A stretch of DNA of 64,000 nt from Trueperaceae bacterium (GCA_965213925.1 OZ243927.1:32001-96000), one strand, 5' to 3'; counted from the stretch's first letter, positions 1-10,009 are shown. Notes: generated by a model not told the origin, from the letters alone. A program made the numbers and translations.

Positions 1-720
1 TTCGCCTTCCAAAAAGAGCATCGCTACATCGTCGTCGGCGTCCGCGAGCTTCTCGATCATGAGGTTGCGCTTCTCTTCAGCGAGTTCCGCGAATTCGGCG
101 GGCACATCCGTCACTTCGATATCTTGACCTAAGTCGTCCTTGAAGGTGTACGCCTTCATGTCGATGAGGTCGATCAAGCCTTTGAACGAATCCTCTTGCC
201 CCATCGGCCACTGGATCGGCACGGCGTTCGCCGCTAAGCGCTCCTCCATCGAATCCAAGACGAGCTGGAAGTCCGCGCCTGTCTTGTCCATCTTGTTGGC
301 GAACGCTAAGCGCGGCACGCGGTAGCGGTCCGCTTGACGCCAAACGGTCTCAGATTGCGGCTCGACGCCCTGCGACGCATCGAAGACGGCGACGGCGGCG
401 TCTAAAACGCGCATGGAGCGCTCGACTTCCATCGTGAAGTCCACGTGTCCGGGCGTGTCGATAATGTTGATGCGGGTATCCGCCCAGAACGCCTGCGTCA
501 CCGCTGAGGTAATCGTGATGCCGCGCTCTTTCTCCTGTGCCATCCAGTCCATCTGGCTCGCACCCTCATGGGTCTCACCGATTTTGTGAATACGCCCCGC
601 GTAGAAGAGGATGCGCTCGGTCAAGGTGGTCTTGCCCGCGTCGATATGTGCGGCAATCCCGATATTACGGGTCTTACTTAGGTCAACACCTGTTTTAGTT
701 CCTGTTGTGTTGGTTGCCAT
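1..720 (-). CDS. fusA: Elongation factor G (5' part; runs off window)
   Basis: Manual translation from ATG at 720: [38 protein letters not shown]...ERGITI...[12 protein letters not shown]...NKMD; follows rpsG. Confidence 0.98.
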   Translation of the reverse strand, partial: MATNTTGTKTGVDLSKTRNIGIAAHIDAGKTTLTERILFYAGRIHKIGETHEGASQMDWMAQEKERGITITSAVTQAFWADTRINIIDTPGHVDFTMEVERSMRVLDAAVAVFDASQGVEPQSETVWRQADRYRVPRLAFANKMDKTGADFQLVLDSMEERLAANAVPIQWPMGQEDSFKGLIDLIDMKAYTFKDDLGQDIEVTDVPAEFAELAEEKRNLMIEKLADADDDVAMLFLEGE

Positions 721-733
721 AAAAGTTCAGAAA

Positions 734-808
734 GAAGTGGGAAGTGAGAAATAGGAAGTGAGAAAGGTTCAACCTTCTAACTTCACTCTTCGTCCTTCAC
801 GCTTCAAT
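734..808. repeat. Heptamer tandem-repeat imperfect palindrome between rpsG and fusA
   Basis: GAAGTGG GAAGTGA GAAATAG GAAGTGA GAAAGG followed by CTTCTAA CTTCACT CTTCGTC CTTCACG CTTCAAT. Confidence 0.75.
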
Positions 809-823
809 CTTTTTCCTCCTCTC

Positions 824-1294
824 TTACCAGCGGTAGTGCGCGTAGGCGCGGTTAGCTTCTGCCATACGTTCGACGTCGTCTTTTTTCTTGACTGCGCCCC
901 CACGTCCGGCGGCGGCGTCTAGGAGTTCGCCTGCGACGCGCTCGCTCGCGGTGCGTTCAGGACGGGCGTCCGAGGCAGCGGCGAGCCAGCGGAGTGAGAG
1001 CGATTGGGCGCGGCGTGGGCTCACTTCAACGGGGACCTGATAGGTCGCCCCACCAACGCGGCGGCTCTTGACTTCAATCTTAGGACGGACGTTATCGATG
1101 CCCTGACGGAAGACTTTGAGCGGTTCTTGTCCACTGCGCTCTTGAATCAGGCGGCACGCGCCGTAAAAGATGCGGCTGGATAAGTTCTTCTTCCCGTCGC
1201 GCATGAGCTTGTTGATGAACGCCGTGACCGTCGTGTCGCTGTAGACGAGGTCGGGCTCGAGCCTTCTGACTTCTGCTCTTCTTCTGCGTCCCAT
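824..1294 (-). CDS. rpsG: 30S ribosomal protein S7
   Basis: SRRVGGATYQVPVEV, MAEANRAYAHYRW. Confidence 0.99.
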   Translation of the reverse strand: MGRRRRAEVRRLEPDLVYSDTTVTAFINKLMRDGKKNLSSRIFYGACRLIQERSGQEPLKVFRQGIDNVRPKIEVKSRRVGGATYQVPVEVSPRRAQSLSLRWLAAASDARPERTASERVAGELLDAAAGRGGAVKKKDDVERMAEANRAYAHYRW

Positions 1295-1296
1295 AC

Positions 1297-1686
1297 TTAC
1301 CCTTTCGGTTTCTTCGTGCCGTACTTGCTGCGGCCCTGGTTGCGCTGCACGTAACGACCTACGCCCACGCCCTGTGTATCTAACGCGCCGCGCACGATGT
1401 GGTAGCGCACGCCCGGCAAATCCTTGACACGCCCGCCGCGAATTAAGACAACCGAGTGCTCTTGCAAGTTATGCTTCTCGCCGGGGATGTACGCGGTAAC
1501 TTCATAGCCGGACGAGAGACGCACACGCGCGATTTTGCGCAGTGCCGAGTTCGGCTTCTTGGGGGTTTGTGTCTTGACAACCGTGCACACGCCACGGCGC
1601 TGCGGGCTGCCCTTGAGTGCGGGGACTTTATTCTTTTTCGGTAGGGCTTTGCGACCCTTACGCAGTAACTGGTTGACGGTTGGCAG
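1297..1686 (-). CDS. rpsL: 30S ribosomal protein S12 (probable CTG start at 1686; track gives GTG at 1695)
   Basis: [42 protein letters not shown] lies 8 nt before CTG and overlaps the GTG. Confidence 0.98.
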   Translation of the reverse strand: MPTVNQLLRKGRKALPKKNKVPALKGSPQRRGVCTVVKTQTPKKPNSALRKIARVRLSSGYEVTAYIPGEKHNLQEHSVVLIRGGRVKDLPGVRYHIVRGALDTQGVGVGRYVQRNQGRSKYGTKKPKG

Positions 1687-1850
1687 CGTGACCACTCCCT
1701 CTTTCTTTGACTTGAGCCCGCAGCAGCGCTACGGACGCAGAGCTTCCGGTTAAATAACGACACTTGTTGGACCTAAAAGGTGGGGTAACAAGCACACGAC
1801 GACGGTGCCCCCTGACTTATCGCTGCAAGCCGGGAAGGGCAAACTCAAGT

Positions 1851-1880
1851 AGTATATAGGGGTGTATAGGGAGAAATCAA
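1851..1880 (-). promoter_or_regulatory. Sigma70-type promoter of str operon
   Basis: TTGATT-18 nt-TATACT on minus strand upstream of rpsL. Confidence 0.55.
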
Positions 1881-2027
1881 GGTCTAGCCTTACGTTCTGG
1901 TACGTGAAGTGCTGAAACCTTTGAACCTCATGAGAGGTTGGGCGCGGTGAAGCGCCGGAAGTTGAGATTATGGTACGCGAATCTTTGAGGAGATGCAGTG
2001 TGGGGTTTCACGTGGAGGACGTTTCAG

Positions 2028-2438
2028 CTAACTCAACAGATTTATGAAGTCTCGCGCTGTTACGATAGAAACACCTTCAACACGCGCTAAGGCGAGCAAA
2101 TCCCCTTTATCACCGGAAACGATGTACTGCGCGTCTCCTGTAAGAGCCACCGCGATAATGGGATTATCGTCTGGGTCGGGCGAGTAGTCCACCTTTGGTA
2201 GCTCGCGGAGCATCACACCTCGCTTTCTGAGGTGATTTATTAGCGCACCAACCTGATATGGCTTGAGGAGCGGAGCCAGGTGATCGTAACGACTCACAGC
2301 CTTAATCTCTTCAATTTGCCATTCAGAGATGACGAGGTCGAAGGCTCTATCTACTCACAGGTCGAGCGCTTTATAAGGATAGCCTCTATCGGAAATTAGA
2401 GCGGAGATGAAGATACCAGTGTCGAGGACAACCCGCAT
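2028..2438 (-). pseudogene. PIN-domain toxin with in-frame TGA at codon 28
   Basis: ATG 2438 MRVVLDTGIFISALIS...ALDL*VDRAFDLVISEWQIEE...DPDDNPIIAVALTGDAQYIVSGDKGDLL; stop at 2355-2357. Confidence 0.85.
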
Positions 2439-2672
2439 TTAGCGGTTGCGCTGGCTACGGCGGTGTTCCCTGACCACATCTTCGACCATTGCTTCGATCT
2501 CTTCCGGGTCAAGGTGAGCGTTACGCTGGTGCGCCTCTTGCAACGCTTGTCGGAACAAGAAGTCAGCGATGGCTTCTTCTGCCACCTCGGACATTGCCTC
2601 CTTCTGCAACCCTCTTTCCGTAAGATATGCTTCTAAGGACTGCTCAGTCTCTTTGCTCAGTTCAATTGTCAT
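2439..2672 (-). CDS. Putative antitoxin (RHH/CopG-like) of the PIN toxin
   Basis: 77 aa MTIELSKETEQSL...; stop abuts the PIN toxin ATG (TAAATG). Confidence 0.7.
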   Translation of the reverse strand: MTIELSKETEQSLEAYLTERGLQKEAMSEVAEEAIADFLFRQALQEAHQRNAHLDPEEIEAMVEDVVREHRRSQRNR

Positions 2673-2725
2673 AGCTTAAGGATAGACGGTTTCAATAGGT
2701 CGGTCAATTGGAGCAGCTAGATAGA

Positions 2726-3538
2726 TTACGTATCTGTTGAAATATCGTCCCACTCTTGGTTCAAATAACCGATAAGCCAATTTAGAGCGTAGTGTCGCTC
2801 ATAAGTAATTCCAGAGTCCAAGTTAGAAGGCGGTTGTTGACCTTTAACTCTCGCATCCACAACCGCCCAATTATAGCGGTAAACCAAATCTGCTTGATCT
2901 AAGATTTCCGAGAATGGGCGTAGCTGCGCATCAGCAGTGAATTCCTCAGCAGTTCGAGACCACATATAGCGAACAGCTTGACCCGCATCAGCAATTGAAT
3001 CAGCGTCAGGCTTACCAAGCTCGTCAGCATATCCGAGTGCCCATAGCAACGTCCAAGCGGACTCATATCGCCAAGTGAAGTTCACTGAATCTTGCTTCGG
3101 AGGATCAGGATTGTTGATGTAATTTTTTTCTGACGGCGTAAAATGCGTCTCGAGCTGATACTTCTCAATGACCTGCTCAATGACTTCTTGGGGTAAAGGG
3201 TCGCCCTGCGAGTGACTTTCGCCTTTTACAGCGACGACCAATAGAGCTAAGCAGCGATAGGCAATTTCCTCTACTGGACGCGGTGCAGTGTTGCTTTCAG
3301 CTTCGATAACTGGCAACCAATTATTAACGGGCACACCTTGAGCTTTCAAAATCTTTTCTGAACGGACTTTTCTGTCTGAGGCTCCCTGCATATCCTTTGA
3401 TACCATCTGGCTGACCGTAAAATTTTCACTCTTGTCGGCTGCTACTTGACTGAAAGCCACGAAAGCTAGAGGTAAAAGCAGCGAAATAGGTACAAGAGCA
3501 AATCTGAATAGAATATTGGTATCAACGACGACGCGCAT
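2726..3538 (-). CDS. DUF4272-family protein with signal-peptide-like segment, N-terminus taken from a PIN toxin
   Basis: WRYESAWTLLWALG, ERHYALNWL, WDDISTDT; first 10 aa MRVVVDTNIL are a PIN start. Confidence 0.75.
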   Translation of the reverse strand: MRVVVDTNILFRFALVPISLLLPLAFVAFSQVAADKSENFTVSQMVSKDMQGASDRKVRSEKILKAQGVPVNNWLPVIEAESNTAPRPVEEIAYRCLALLVVAVKGESHSQGDPLPQEVIEQVIEKYQLETHFTPSEKNYINNPDPPKQDSVNFTWRYESAWTLLWALGYADELGKPDADSIADAGQAVRYMWSRTAEEFTADAQLRPFSEILDQADLVYRYNWAVVDARVKGQQPPSNLDSGITYERHYALNWLIGYLNQEWDDISTDT

Positions 3539-3746
3539 TTAGCACAGCTTCGTCGATAAGCCTCATGAGTTGGTCTTGGTCTTCGCCTTTGTTGCGCTCT
3601 TTAATGACGCTCACCATCTCAATGAAAACTTGAGTCAGGTCACCCTCTTGCTGCTCTAAAACGTCCATCTGTGCTGCTAATCGCTCGAGCATAGTTTCAT
3701 CGTAGCCCGCCATACGCTGCTGCAACTTCTGCTGTAATTCCTCAGA
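3522..3746 (-). pseudogene. 5'-truncated antitoxin similar to 2439-2672
   Basis: Frame reads SEELQQKLQQRM...LIDEAVLNARRR*, overlapping the PIN-like ATG at 3538; no clear start of its own. Confidence 0.5.
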
Positions 3747-4218
3747 CGCCTACATCTTGAGAAAAGACGACGAAGGAAAAAGCGTCCTCCAAGCCGCAGC
3801 GTTCTGGGTAACTGTTACCGTTCGAGATAAGCCCACAAGGTAGATGTTGATTCAGAAATTTCAGCGTGGGTTTAACGTCTCCATAAAGCTCGATATCTTC
3901 GAAGCGGTGTTTGAGATAGAGCGCGTTGAGGCGAGCAGCGAGGTTTGCGTCGTCCACGCCTATAGATTTGAGCGTTTGAACGAAGGCTTGCAGACGTATG
4001 TGCTCGAGATTCGTCACTTCACCCCTCAACGACTCAGCGACCTCGTTACGAATACGAATCATATCCTCGATGGTCATTTGAGCGGCTGAGACCTCTTTTT
4101 TCAGGTAGGCGAGCACTTTAGATAGAGCGTGACGCATCACCTTCTCAAAATCCCAAAGGGTCATATCGCCGTCGAATGAGATGGCTTGGCATTGTTGTAT
4201 TTTAGCTAAATTACTCAT
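3742..4218 (-). pseudogene. HAD-family hydrolase, C-terminally truncated
   Basis: Motif I FDGDMTLWD and motif II ISNGN present; stops at FSQDVGV just before the expected KP and GD motifs. Confidence 0.7.
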
Positions 4219-4325
4219 AAGTATTTTACCTTCGCTTATGGCTTCTCTTTTCGGTATTGGCTCGAGGCTTGTAAGAGGTAACTTTCGAAATAGAAGTTTT
4301 ACCTTTGCTCATAGCTTCTCCTCTG

Positions 4326-5006
4326 TCAGTAAAACTGACACGACCAGCGCCATTCACCCGAAGAATCTTTGAAGAAATAGCCGATACCGTTATCAGCCCA
4401 CATCCACTGAGCTTTTTCTTCGCTGCCCACTTGAAAAATAAATTCTTCGATACCTACGCCGTGCTGAACCTCTCGAGGATAACCGCCTACTTTAGTTTGA
4501 TGGTATCTGTTGAATTCCATATAGAAAGCTTCCGATGCTCTCTCATCATTGTTGACATCTGTTAAATCAACGATGTCCCAGGCATCTTCCCACCCCGGTG
4601 CATCATCACTCACAAAATTCCACCTGATAGGAAATGGTCTAACGGGTGACGAGTCAACTTCAGGTAAAGGCCCGAGTCCATCTGTAGAACTGTATTCGCG
4701 AATGAGCCAGCCCTCACCATGAGGGTTGTCGAAGGGATAGTCGTCTCTTTGAAGAAACAGAACGAGTAGCGCAACCTCTTCAAGCGCAGGGGGAGTATAT
4801 GGCAAATCAGAAACTCTGATTTGCAAAAGGGGAAATAACGGTTCACTTTTGTAAACAGGCAAACCCTCATCTGGTTTACAGACACCTCGCCCAAACCAAG
4901 AGGTTGTAGGGTCATCTGATGGGCGAAATCCACCAACTTGGGCAACAGACGCTTTCCTAAGTTTTTGCCTCAGCAAATCAAGAGTTTCCTTAGCTTCTAG
5001 TGTCAT
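4326..5006 (-). CDS. DUF1963/YwqG-family protein
   Basis: PLFPLLQI, TKVGGYP, WMWADNGIGYFF, WSCQFY. Confidence 0.7.
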   Translation of the reverse strand: MTLEAKETLDLLRQKLRKASVAQVGGFRPSDDPTTSWFGRGVCKPDEGLPVYKSEPLFPLLQIRVSDLPYTPPALEEVALLVLFLQRDDYPFDNPHGEGWLIREYSSTDGLGPLPEVDSSPVRPFPIRWNFVSDDAPGWEDAWDIVDLTDVNNDERASEAFYMEFNRYHQTKVGGYPREVQHGVGIEEFIFQVGSEEKAQWMWADNGIGYFFKDSSGEWRWSCQFY

Positions 5007-5061
5007 AACCTTGTACTACGCTCAATCCGATTTATCAGCTTTACGTGCTAATCCACAACCC

Positions 5062-5994
5062 TCACTTCTCATACGGCTTCCCAATCGCCTTAGGCGGCAC
5101 CGCCCGCCCGATAAAGCCCGCTAACACGAGCATCGTCAGGATAAAGGGAATGCTCTGCACGACGGTGGGGGGCATGAGTTGACCGCCGCCCAAAAGCGTC
5201 GCCGCCGCCTCGAACGCACCGAAGAGGAGCGTTGCGCCGAGGACGCCTAAGGGGTGCCATTTGCCGAAGATCAAGGCGGCCAGCGCGATGAAGCCGCGGC
5301 CGCCGGACATCTCCGCGATGAACTGATTGAGGTTGCCTATAGATAAGTACGCGCCGCCGAGCCCCGCCAAAACGCCCGAGAGGACGACGCCGTAGTAGCG
5401 CATCCGTTTGACGCCGATGCCGACGCTGTCCGCCGCTTCGGGGTGCTCGCCGACCGAGCGCAGGCGCAACCCGAAGGGCGTGCGGAAGACGACGTAGTAG
5501 ACAACGGGGACGAGCGCGAAGGAGAGGTAGACCAGGGGGCTGAACTGAAACGCGCCGCTGCCGATTTCGGGTAGGCGGTTGCGTATGGGCTCGCTCGTGG
5601 CGTTGTTGCCGTAGAGGGCGACGAGGAGCACGGAGGGCAGTCCTATCGCCATGAGGTTGATCGCGGTCCCGGAGATGATCTGGTCCGCCTTGTAGCGAAT
5701 CGAGATGACCGCGTGAACCCAGCCGACGAAGCCGCCGACAACTGCAGCAGCCAGAACGCCGAGCCAGGGGGCGAAGGGGACGTAGGCCCTTGGGTTCTCT
5801 GCTAAATAGGGCGCTTCGATGAGCTGCGTCGTCACGGCGGCGGCGAACGCGCCGAAGAGGATAATGCCCTCTAAAGCGATGTTGACGACGCCTGCACGTT
5901 CGCTGAAGAGCCCGCCTAGCGCGGCGAGGAGGAGGGGCGCGGTGGCGCGTAAGGTCGAGCCGATGAGCGTGAGGAGGAGCGCAGTTTCGATCAT
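5062..5994 (-). CDS. Nucleoside/simple-sugar ABC permease (BPD_transp_2)
   Basis: SERAGVVNIALEG, RLRSVGEHPEAADSVG, GRGFIALAALIFGKW. Confidence 0.92.
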   Translation of the reverse strand: MIETALLLTLIGSTLRATAPLLLAALGGLFSERAGVVNIALEGIILFGAFAAAVTTQLIEAPYLAENPRAYVPFAPWLGVLAAAVVGGFVGWVHAVISIRYKADQIISGTAINLMAIGLPSVLLVALYGNNATSEPIRNRLPEIGSGAFQFSPLVYLSFALVPVVYYVVFRTPFGLRLRSVGEHPEAADSVGIGVKRMRYYGVVLSGVLAGLGGAYLSIGNLNQFIAEMSGGRGFIALAALIFGKWHPLGVLGATLLFGAFEAAATLLGGGQLMPPTVVQSIPFILTMLVLAGFIGRAVPPKAIGKPYEK

Positions 5995-8240
5995 GCTTGT
6001 CCTCCCGTGGTGTTGCTTGCCGTATCACTCCGCACAGGTTTGCCAGGCGGGTCTAGGGGTTCGCTTTCGTCGGGGTCTAAACCCTGCTCGGTTTCGGCTT
6101 GGCGGCGGATGGGGTTGGTCAGCCTATCTGGAAGGAAACCTTTAGCGGCAATGAAGAGTACGACTAAAGCGAGAATCATGTTGACAACGTCTCTCGTCAG
6201 GTCACTAAAGGTGATGTTCAGAATCGAGCCGCCGTTCTTGAGGACCCCGAACAAAAAGGCGGACAAGACGACGCCGAGGGGCGTATTGCCGCCTAAGAGG
6301 GCGACGGCGATGCCGTCGAAGCCGTCGTTGGTGGGCAACGATTGGCGCAGGGAGTAGTCCTCTAAGGCTCCACCCAACACGTAGTGGCACGCTGTGAGCC
6401 CGGCGAACGCGCCGCTGATCGCCATCGCCAAGACGATATTACGCGAGATGCTCGCGCCGCCATACTCCGCCGCTTTCGGCGCTAAGCCTACAGCGCGAAG
6501 TTCGTAGCCCCATTTGGTGCGCCACATGAGGACGTACATGAACAAAGCGGAGAGAATCGCGAGGATAAACGAGGTGTTGAGCTTGGTCGGGGGGATGTCG
6601 GTCTCCCAAGCGGCGAGACCGGCGAGGGCGGCGACGCCGTAGACGACGCCTCCCATGAGGGCGGCTGCGCCTGCTCTGGCTCCCCAGCCGCTCAACCTCT
6701 TGTTTACTTTAGGCGCGTAAGCGAGCGCTAAAAGCGCCGCAACTATTGCGAGAGGGAGCGCGTAATTGATAGCGACCGCGTTCACCCCGACCGCACCTCT
6801 TTCCACGCCGACGAGCGCGGGCACTTGCGAGAGCCGTGCGGCTTCGGAGAGGGGGTAAGACTTAGGTTCGGAGCCGGGAGCTTTGAAAGGTAAGCCCAAA
6901 TTGACGGGCGCGTCACCCGCGCGCGGCACGCCTGCGATGACCACAAAGACCAAAAGAACGACGCCGAACCCTGCGAAGGAGAGCCTGGGGGCTCTAGCCA
7001 AAAGCCGCCGCGCAGGTGGAATGAGGCTGATGATGATAGCGATAAGGGCAAAAATCGCAATCGTCTGAATGATGCGCAGGGCGGGCGCGGCGAAGATTTG
7101 GCGGCTCGAGAGGATAAACAGTAGCAAAGACGCCGCGATATAATTCAGAAGAATCGTGTTGATGACCTCGTTCGCCCCGAACCGCGCCTTGAGCCAGCCA
7201 GGTAGCGCGCCCCACAGTCCGCCGCCGAGCGCCGCCGATAGGACCGCGAGCGGCAACACGACAAAACGCGGACCCGGCATGTAAATGCCAACGAGCCCTG
7301 CAAAAATCGCCCCCAAGACCATCTGCCCCGGCGCGCCGATGTTGAAGAGCCCCGCCCGAAAGCCGAACGCCACCGCTAAACCCGTGAAGATAAGGGGTGT
7401 GGCGAACTTCAAGGATTCCATGAAGCCGCCGAGCGTGCCCAAAGAATCGGAAAAGAGCGTCTCGTAAGAGAAGTAGAGCGTGTCGAGCCTGCCTGCTAGA
7501 TACATCAGCAGTCCGTCTATCTCGACGCCTTGTCCGACCGCCGTCGGCTGCAAGCCGAGCACGACGAACGCCGCCGCGACGAGGGCGAGGGCGATGGAAA
7601 CCGCGGGCACGGCGACGGTGGCGAAGGCGCGGTCTAACGCCCGGCTGAGGCGGGGCGAGATGCGCAAGCCTAAAAGAAGGGCGAGCCCGCCGATGGCAAA
7701 CGACAAGAACGCCGCGAAGTTCGTCCCTGAACCCGTAAAGGGCAAACGGCGCACGCGCACGCCCGCGTCGCGAATGGCGCTCAAGGTCTCATCGAACGAA
7801 GCGTCTTCGGCGTTCGCGATGGCGGCGCGTAGCGCCTCTTCGTCGAAGCGTCCGCGTCCGCGCTCTAAAGTCCTCTCCGCGCTCCGTACGATCACCCCGG
7901 TACGCGCCTCGTTGAGCGCGCCCGTCAAGTTGGCGAGCCCAGTCGCTGTCGTCGCAATGAGGATGAGACCCGAAGCGAGCCACACGGCGTAGCGCCGACG
8001 CCCTCTCAAAAACGCCCCGCCCGCAATCGCTGCGAGCGAGAGGGCGCTTACAGCCAGTACGACCCCTTGCCCCGGCACGTCGATGGGGTTAGCGCGTCCG
8101 GTGAAGTCCACCGTGCGACTCGGCAACAAGAGGAGCGAACTGCGCGCTCCGATCTCGCGTTCCAAGGTCGCCCAGGGCGCGAAGAAGAGGCTGAGGAGCG
8201 TCAAGACAGCGAGGGCGCTGAGCGCGAGGCGTTCGTTCAT
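5991..8240 (-). CDS. Nucleoside ABC permease with long N-terminal extension
   Basis: AGLFNIGAPGQ, GANEVINTILLNY, GFDGIAVALLG; ATGA overlap with downstream permease. Confidence 0.88.
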   Translation of the reverse strand: MNERLALSALAVLTLLSLFFAPWATLEREIGARSSLLLLPSRTVDFTGRANPIDVPGQGVVLAVSALSLAAIAGGAFLRGRRRYAVWLASGLILIATTATGLANLTGALNEARTGVIVRSAERTLERGRGRFDEEALRAAIANAEDASFDETLSAIRDAGVRVRRLPFTGSGTNFAAFLSFAIGGLALLLGLRISPRLSRALDRAFATVAVPAVSIALALVAAAFVVLGLQPTAVGQGVEIDGLLMYLAGRLDTLYFSYETLFSDSLGTLGGFMESLKFATPLIFTGLAVAFGFRAGLFNIGAPGQMVLGAIFAGLVGIYMPGPRFVVLPLAVLSAALGGGLWGALPGWLKARFGANEVINTILLNYIAASLLLFILSSRQIFAAPALRIIQTIAIFALIAIIISLIPPARRLLARAPRLSFAGFGVVLLVFVVIAGVPRAGDAPVNLGLPFKAPGSEPKSYPLSEAARLSQVPALVGVERGAVGVNAVAINYALPLAIVAALLALAYAPKVNKRLSGWGARAGAAALMGGVVYGVAALAGLAAWETDIPPTKLNTSFILAILSALFMYVLMWRTKWGYELRAVGLAPKAAEYGGASISRNIVLAMAISGAFAGLTACHYVLGGALEDYSLRQSLPTNDGFDGIAVALLGGNTPLGVVLSAFLFGVLKNGGSILNITFSDLTRDVVNMILALVVLFIAAKGFLPDRLTNPIRRQAETEQGLDPDESEPLDPPGKPVRSDTASNTTGGQA

Positions 8241-8318
8241 GGAGGTATTGTAACTCGGTGGACGGAGGTCCTACCCGAGTCCATTCAAATTCATGAAGTC
8301 AGAACGTAGTGAAGCGCG

Positions 8319-9089
8319 TCAGAGGTTGTGTAAGCGCCGAAGTTCCACCGCCATCTGCGCTGCTGACGGTCTCGCCTTAGCGTCCTTAGACAACAACTCG
8401 AGACACAGTGCGTCAAAGGGCGCTAACGCGGGGTCGAAGCTCGAGGGCGCTAGCGGCGTCGCCTCGCGGTGCATGGTGATGACCTCATTTACGCTGCCGC
8501 TAAAGGGGACCTCTCCGGTTAAAACGCGGTAGAGTAGCACGCCAACCGCGTAGAGGTCCGAAGCGGGTGCGGTCCTTTCACCCCTCGCCTGTTCCGGGCT
8601 GAGGTACGCAACCGTACCTGCGCTCTTCTGAGGCGGCTCATTCACGTGAACGGCTAAGTCGAAGTCGATGAGGTAGGGCGCGCCTTGTAGATCAACTAGG
8701 ATATTATCCGGCTTGATGTCGCGGTGGACGATGCCCTCGCCGTGGAGGTACTCGAGCCCCTCCAACACCTGACCCAGCAGGGCTAGAAAGCGCGACAAAT
8801 CCGCCTGAACGAGCCACTCGCTGAGCTGCACACCGCGCACGTAGGGCATGATGACGCCGGGGTAACTATCCAGCTCGAGGCCTGCTTCGACCGGATTGAG
8901 GCGTGGATGCGCTAAGCTGCAACCGACGCGCAGTTCACGCTCGGCTCTCGCGGCGAAGTCGGGCGGAAAGAGCTTCAAGACTTTGACGCTCTTTCCATCG
9001 CTCACGAGAAAAATCCGGGCAAGCGTGCCCCTAGCGAGCTGACGCACAACCCGGAAGTTCCCCCCGACGTTTGCGCCGATGACCTTCAC
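8319..9089 (-). CDS. Hanks-type Ser/Thr protein kinase (catalytic domain only)
   Basis: VLK, HRDIKPDN, DFD, GTVAYLSPEQ, SDLYAVG. Confidence 0.92.
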   Translation of the reverse strand: MKVIGANVGGNFRVVRQLARGTLARIFLVSDGKSVKVLKLFPPDFAARAERELRVGCSLAHPRLNPVEAGLELDSYPGVIMPYVRGVQLSEWLVQADLSRFLALLGQVLEGLEYLHGEGIVHRDIKPDNILVDLQGAPYLIDFDLAVHVNEPPQKSAGTVAYLSPEQARGERTAPASDLYAVGVLLYRVLTGEVPFSGSVNEVITMHREATPLAPSSFDPALAPFDALCLELLSKDAKARPSAAQMAVELRRLHNL

Positions 9090-9115
9090 GTAGGGGCATT
9101 CTACCGCAAAGCGCT

Positions 9116-9991
9116 CTAACGCCGAATTAAAATCCCCGCTTTTATAAGCGCGGCGAACGCGCTCCGCTCCAGCGCCTCTTGTTCGCGCTCCGGGTCCTCG
9201 TCGCCCACTTTGAGCAGCGTGTGGCGAAACCCCGCTTGCAGGACCGTCTTGCGGGTGCGCTCCACAAACGCAGAGACCGCCTGACGGTACGCCCTGACCT
9301 CGTCGGGTCCAACCGTGAGGCGTGCGCCGCTCTCAGCGTCGACGACCTCCAAGCGGCTAGGTTGCGGCTCTAAGTCGTTCACCGACATGAGCTGCAAAAA
9401 GCTCGCGTCGAGCTTGCGGGCGCGCAGGGCGACGAGCGACTTCTGCAGCGGCTCCTCGTCGAAGAGGTCGGAGATGATAAGCGCTAAACCCGTGCCCGCT
9501 TCGAAACGGGAACGCAGGGCGAAGTTTTTGATCGCCGCACCTGGCGGCAGCTCGCCGCTCAGCGCCGGGGCGTCGTCGATAAACGACCACGCCGCCGGAA
9601 CTTGCTGCTTGCCTGTGAGCGGCCGGCTCGTCTCCCCGCTGAAGAGGTGAATCTGCGCCGCCGAGCCCTGCGCGGCGTAGGCGAGGAGCTGCGCGACGAT
9701 GCGGGCGTAAGGGAGCTTGTTGCCTAGCGTCATGCTGGGGCTCGAGTCGAGCAAGATATGCACCGCGATGTTGCGCTCCGCCTGGTAGAGCCGCGTGTAG
9801 AGCCTGCCCGTGCGCCCATAAACTTTCCAGTCCACGTAACGAAGCTCGTCGCCCGGACCGTACGGGCGAAAGTCGTGAAACTCGACGCTCTGCCCCGCCT
9901 CGCTCGCTAAGCGCTCGCCGGAGGTGCGGCTCAGCGCCCGAGACGCTAACGTGTAGCGCTCTAAGAGGGCTCTGGAACGGGGCGAAATCAT
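9116..9991 (-). CDS. DUF58 (vWA-like) protein
   Basis: GQSVEFHDFRPYGPGDELRYVDWKVYGR, LDSSPSM, ISDLF. Confidence 0.9.
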   Translation of the reverse strand: MISPRSRALLERYTLASRALSRTSGERLASEAGQSVEFHDFRPYGPGDELRYVDWKVYGRTGRLYTRLYQAERNIAVHILLDSSPSMTLGNKLPYARIVAQLLAYAAQGSAAQIHLFSGETSRPLTGKQQVPAAWSFIDDAPALSGELPPGAAIKNFALRSRFEAGTGLALIISDLFDEEPLQKSLVALRARKLDASFLQLMSVNDLEPQPSRLEVVDAESGARLTVGPDEVRAYRQAVSAFVERTRKTVLQAGFRHTLLKVGDEDPEREQEALERSAFAALIKAGILIRR

Positions 9992-10009
9992 GAAGGCATC
10001 GGCAGCGTC

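Noticed and set aside
2355..2357. Selenocysteine or programmed readthrough at the PIN toxin TGA
   Set aside because: Position fits a TGG-to-TGA nonsense change; no SECIS-like hairpin noticed and no catalytic Cys is expected there.
2028..5061. Integron cassette array
   Set aside because: No attC-like RYYYAAC...GTTRRRY palindromes or integron integrase found between the genes.
5090..6028. 312-aa alternative-frame ORF over the permease, and similar Arg-rich or antisense ORFs throughout
   Set aside because: Typical high-GC shadow frames over well-supported genes.
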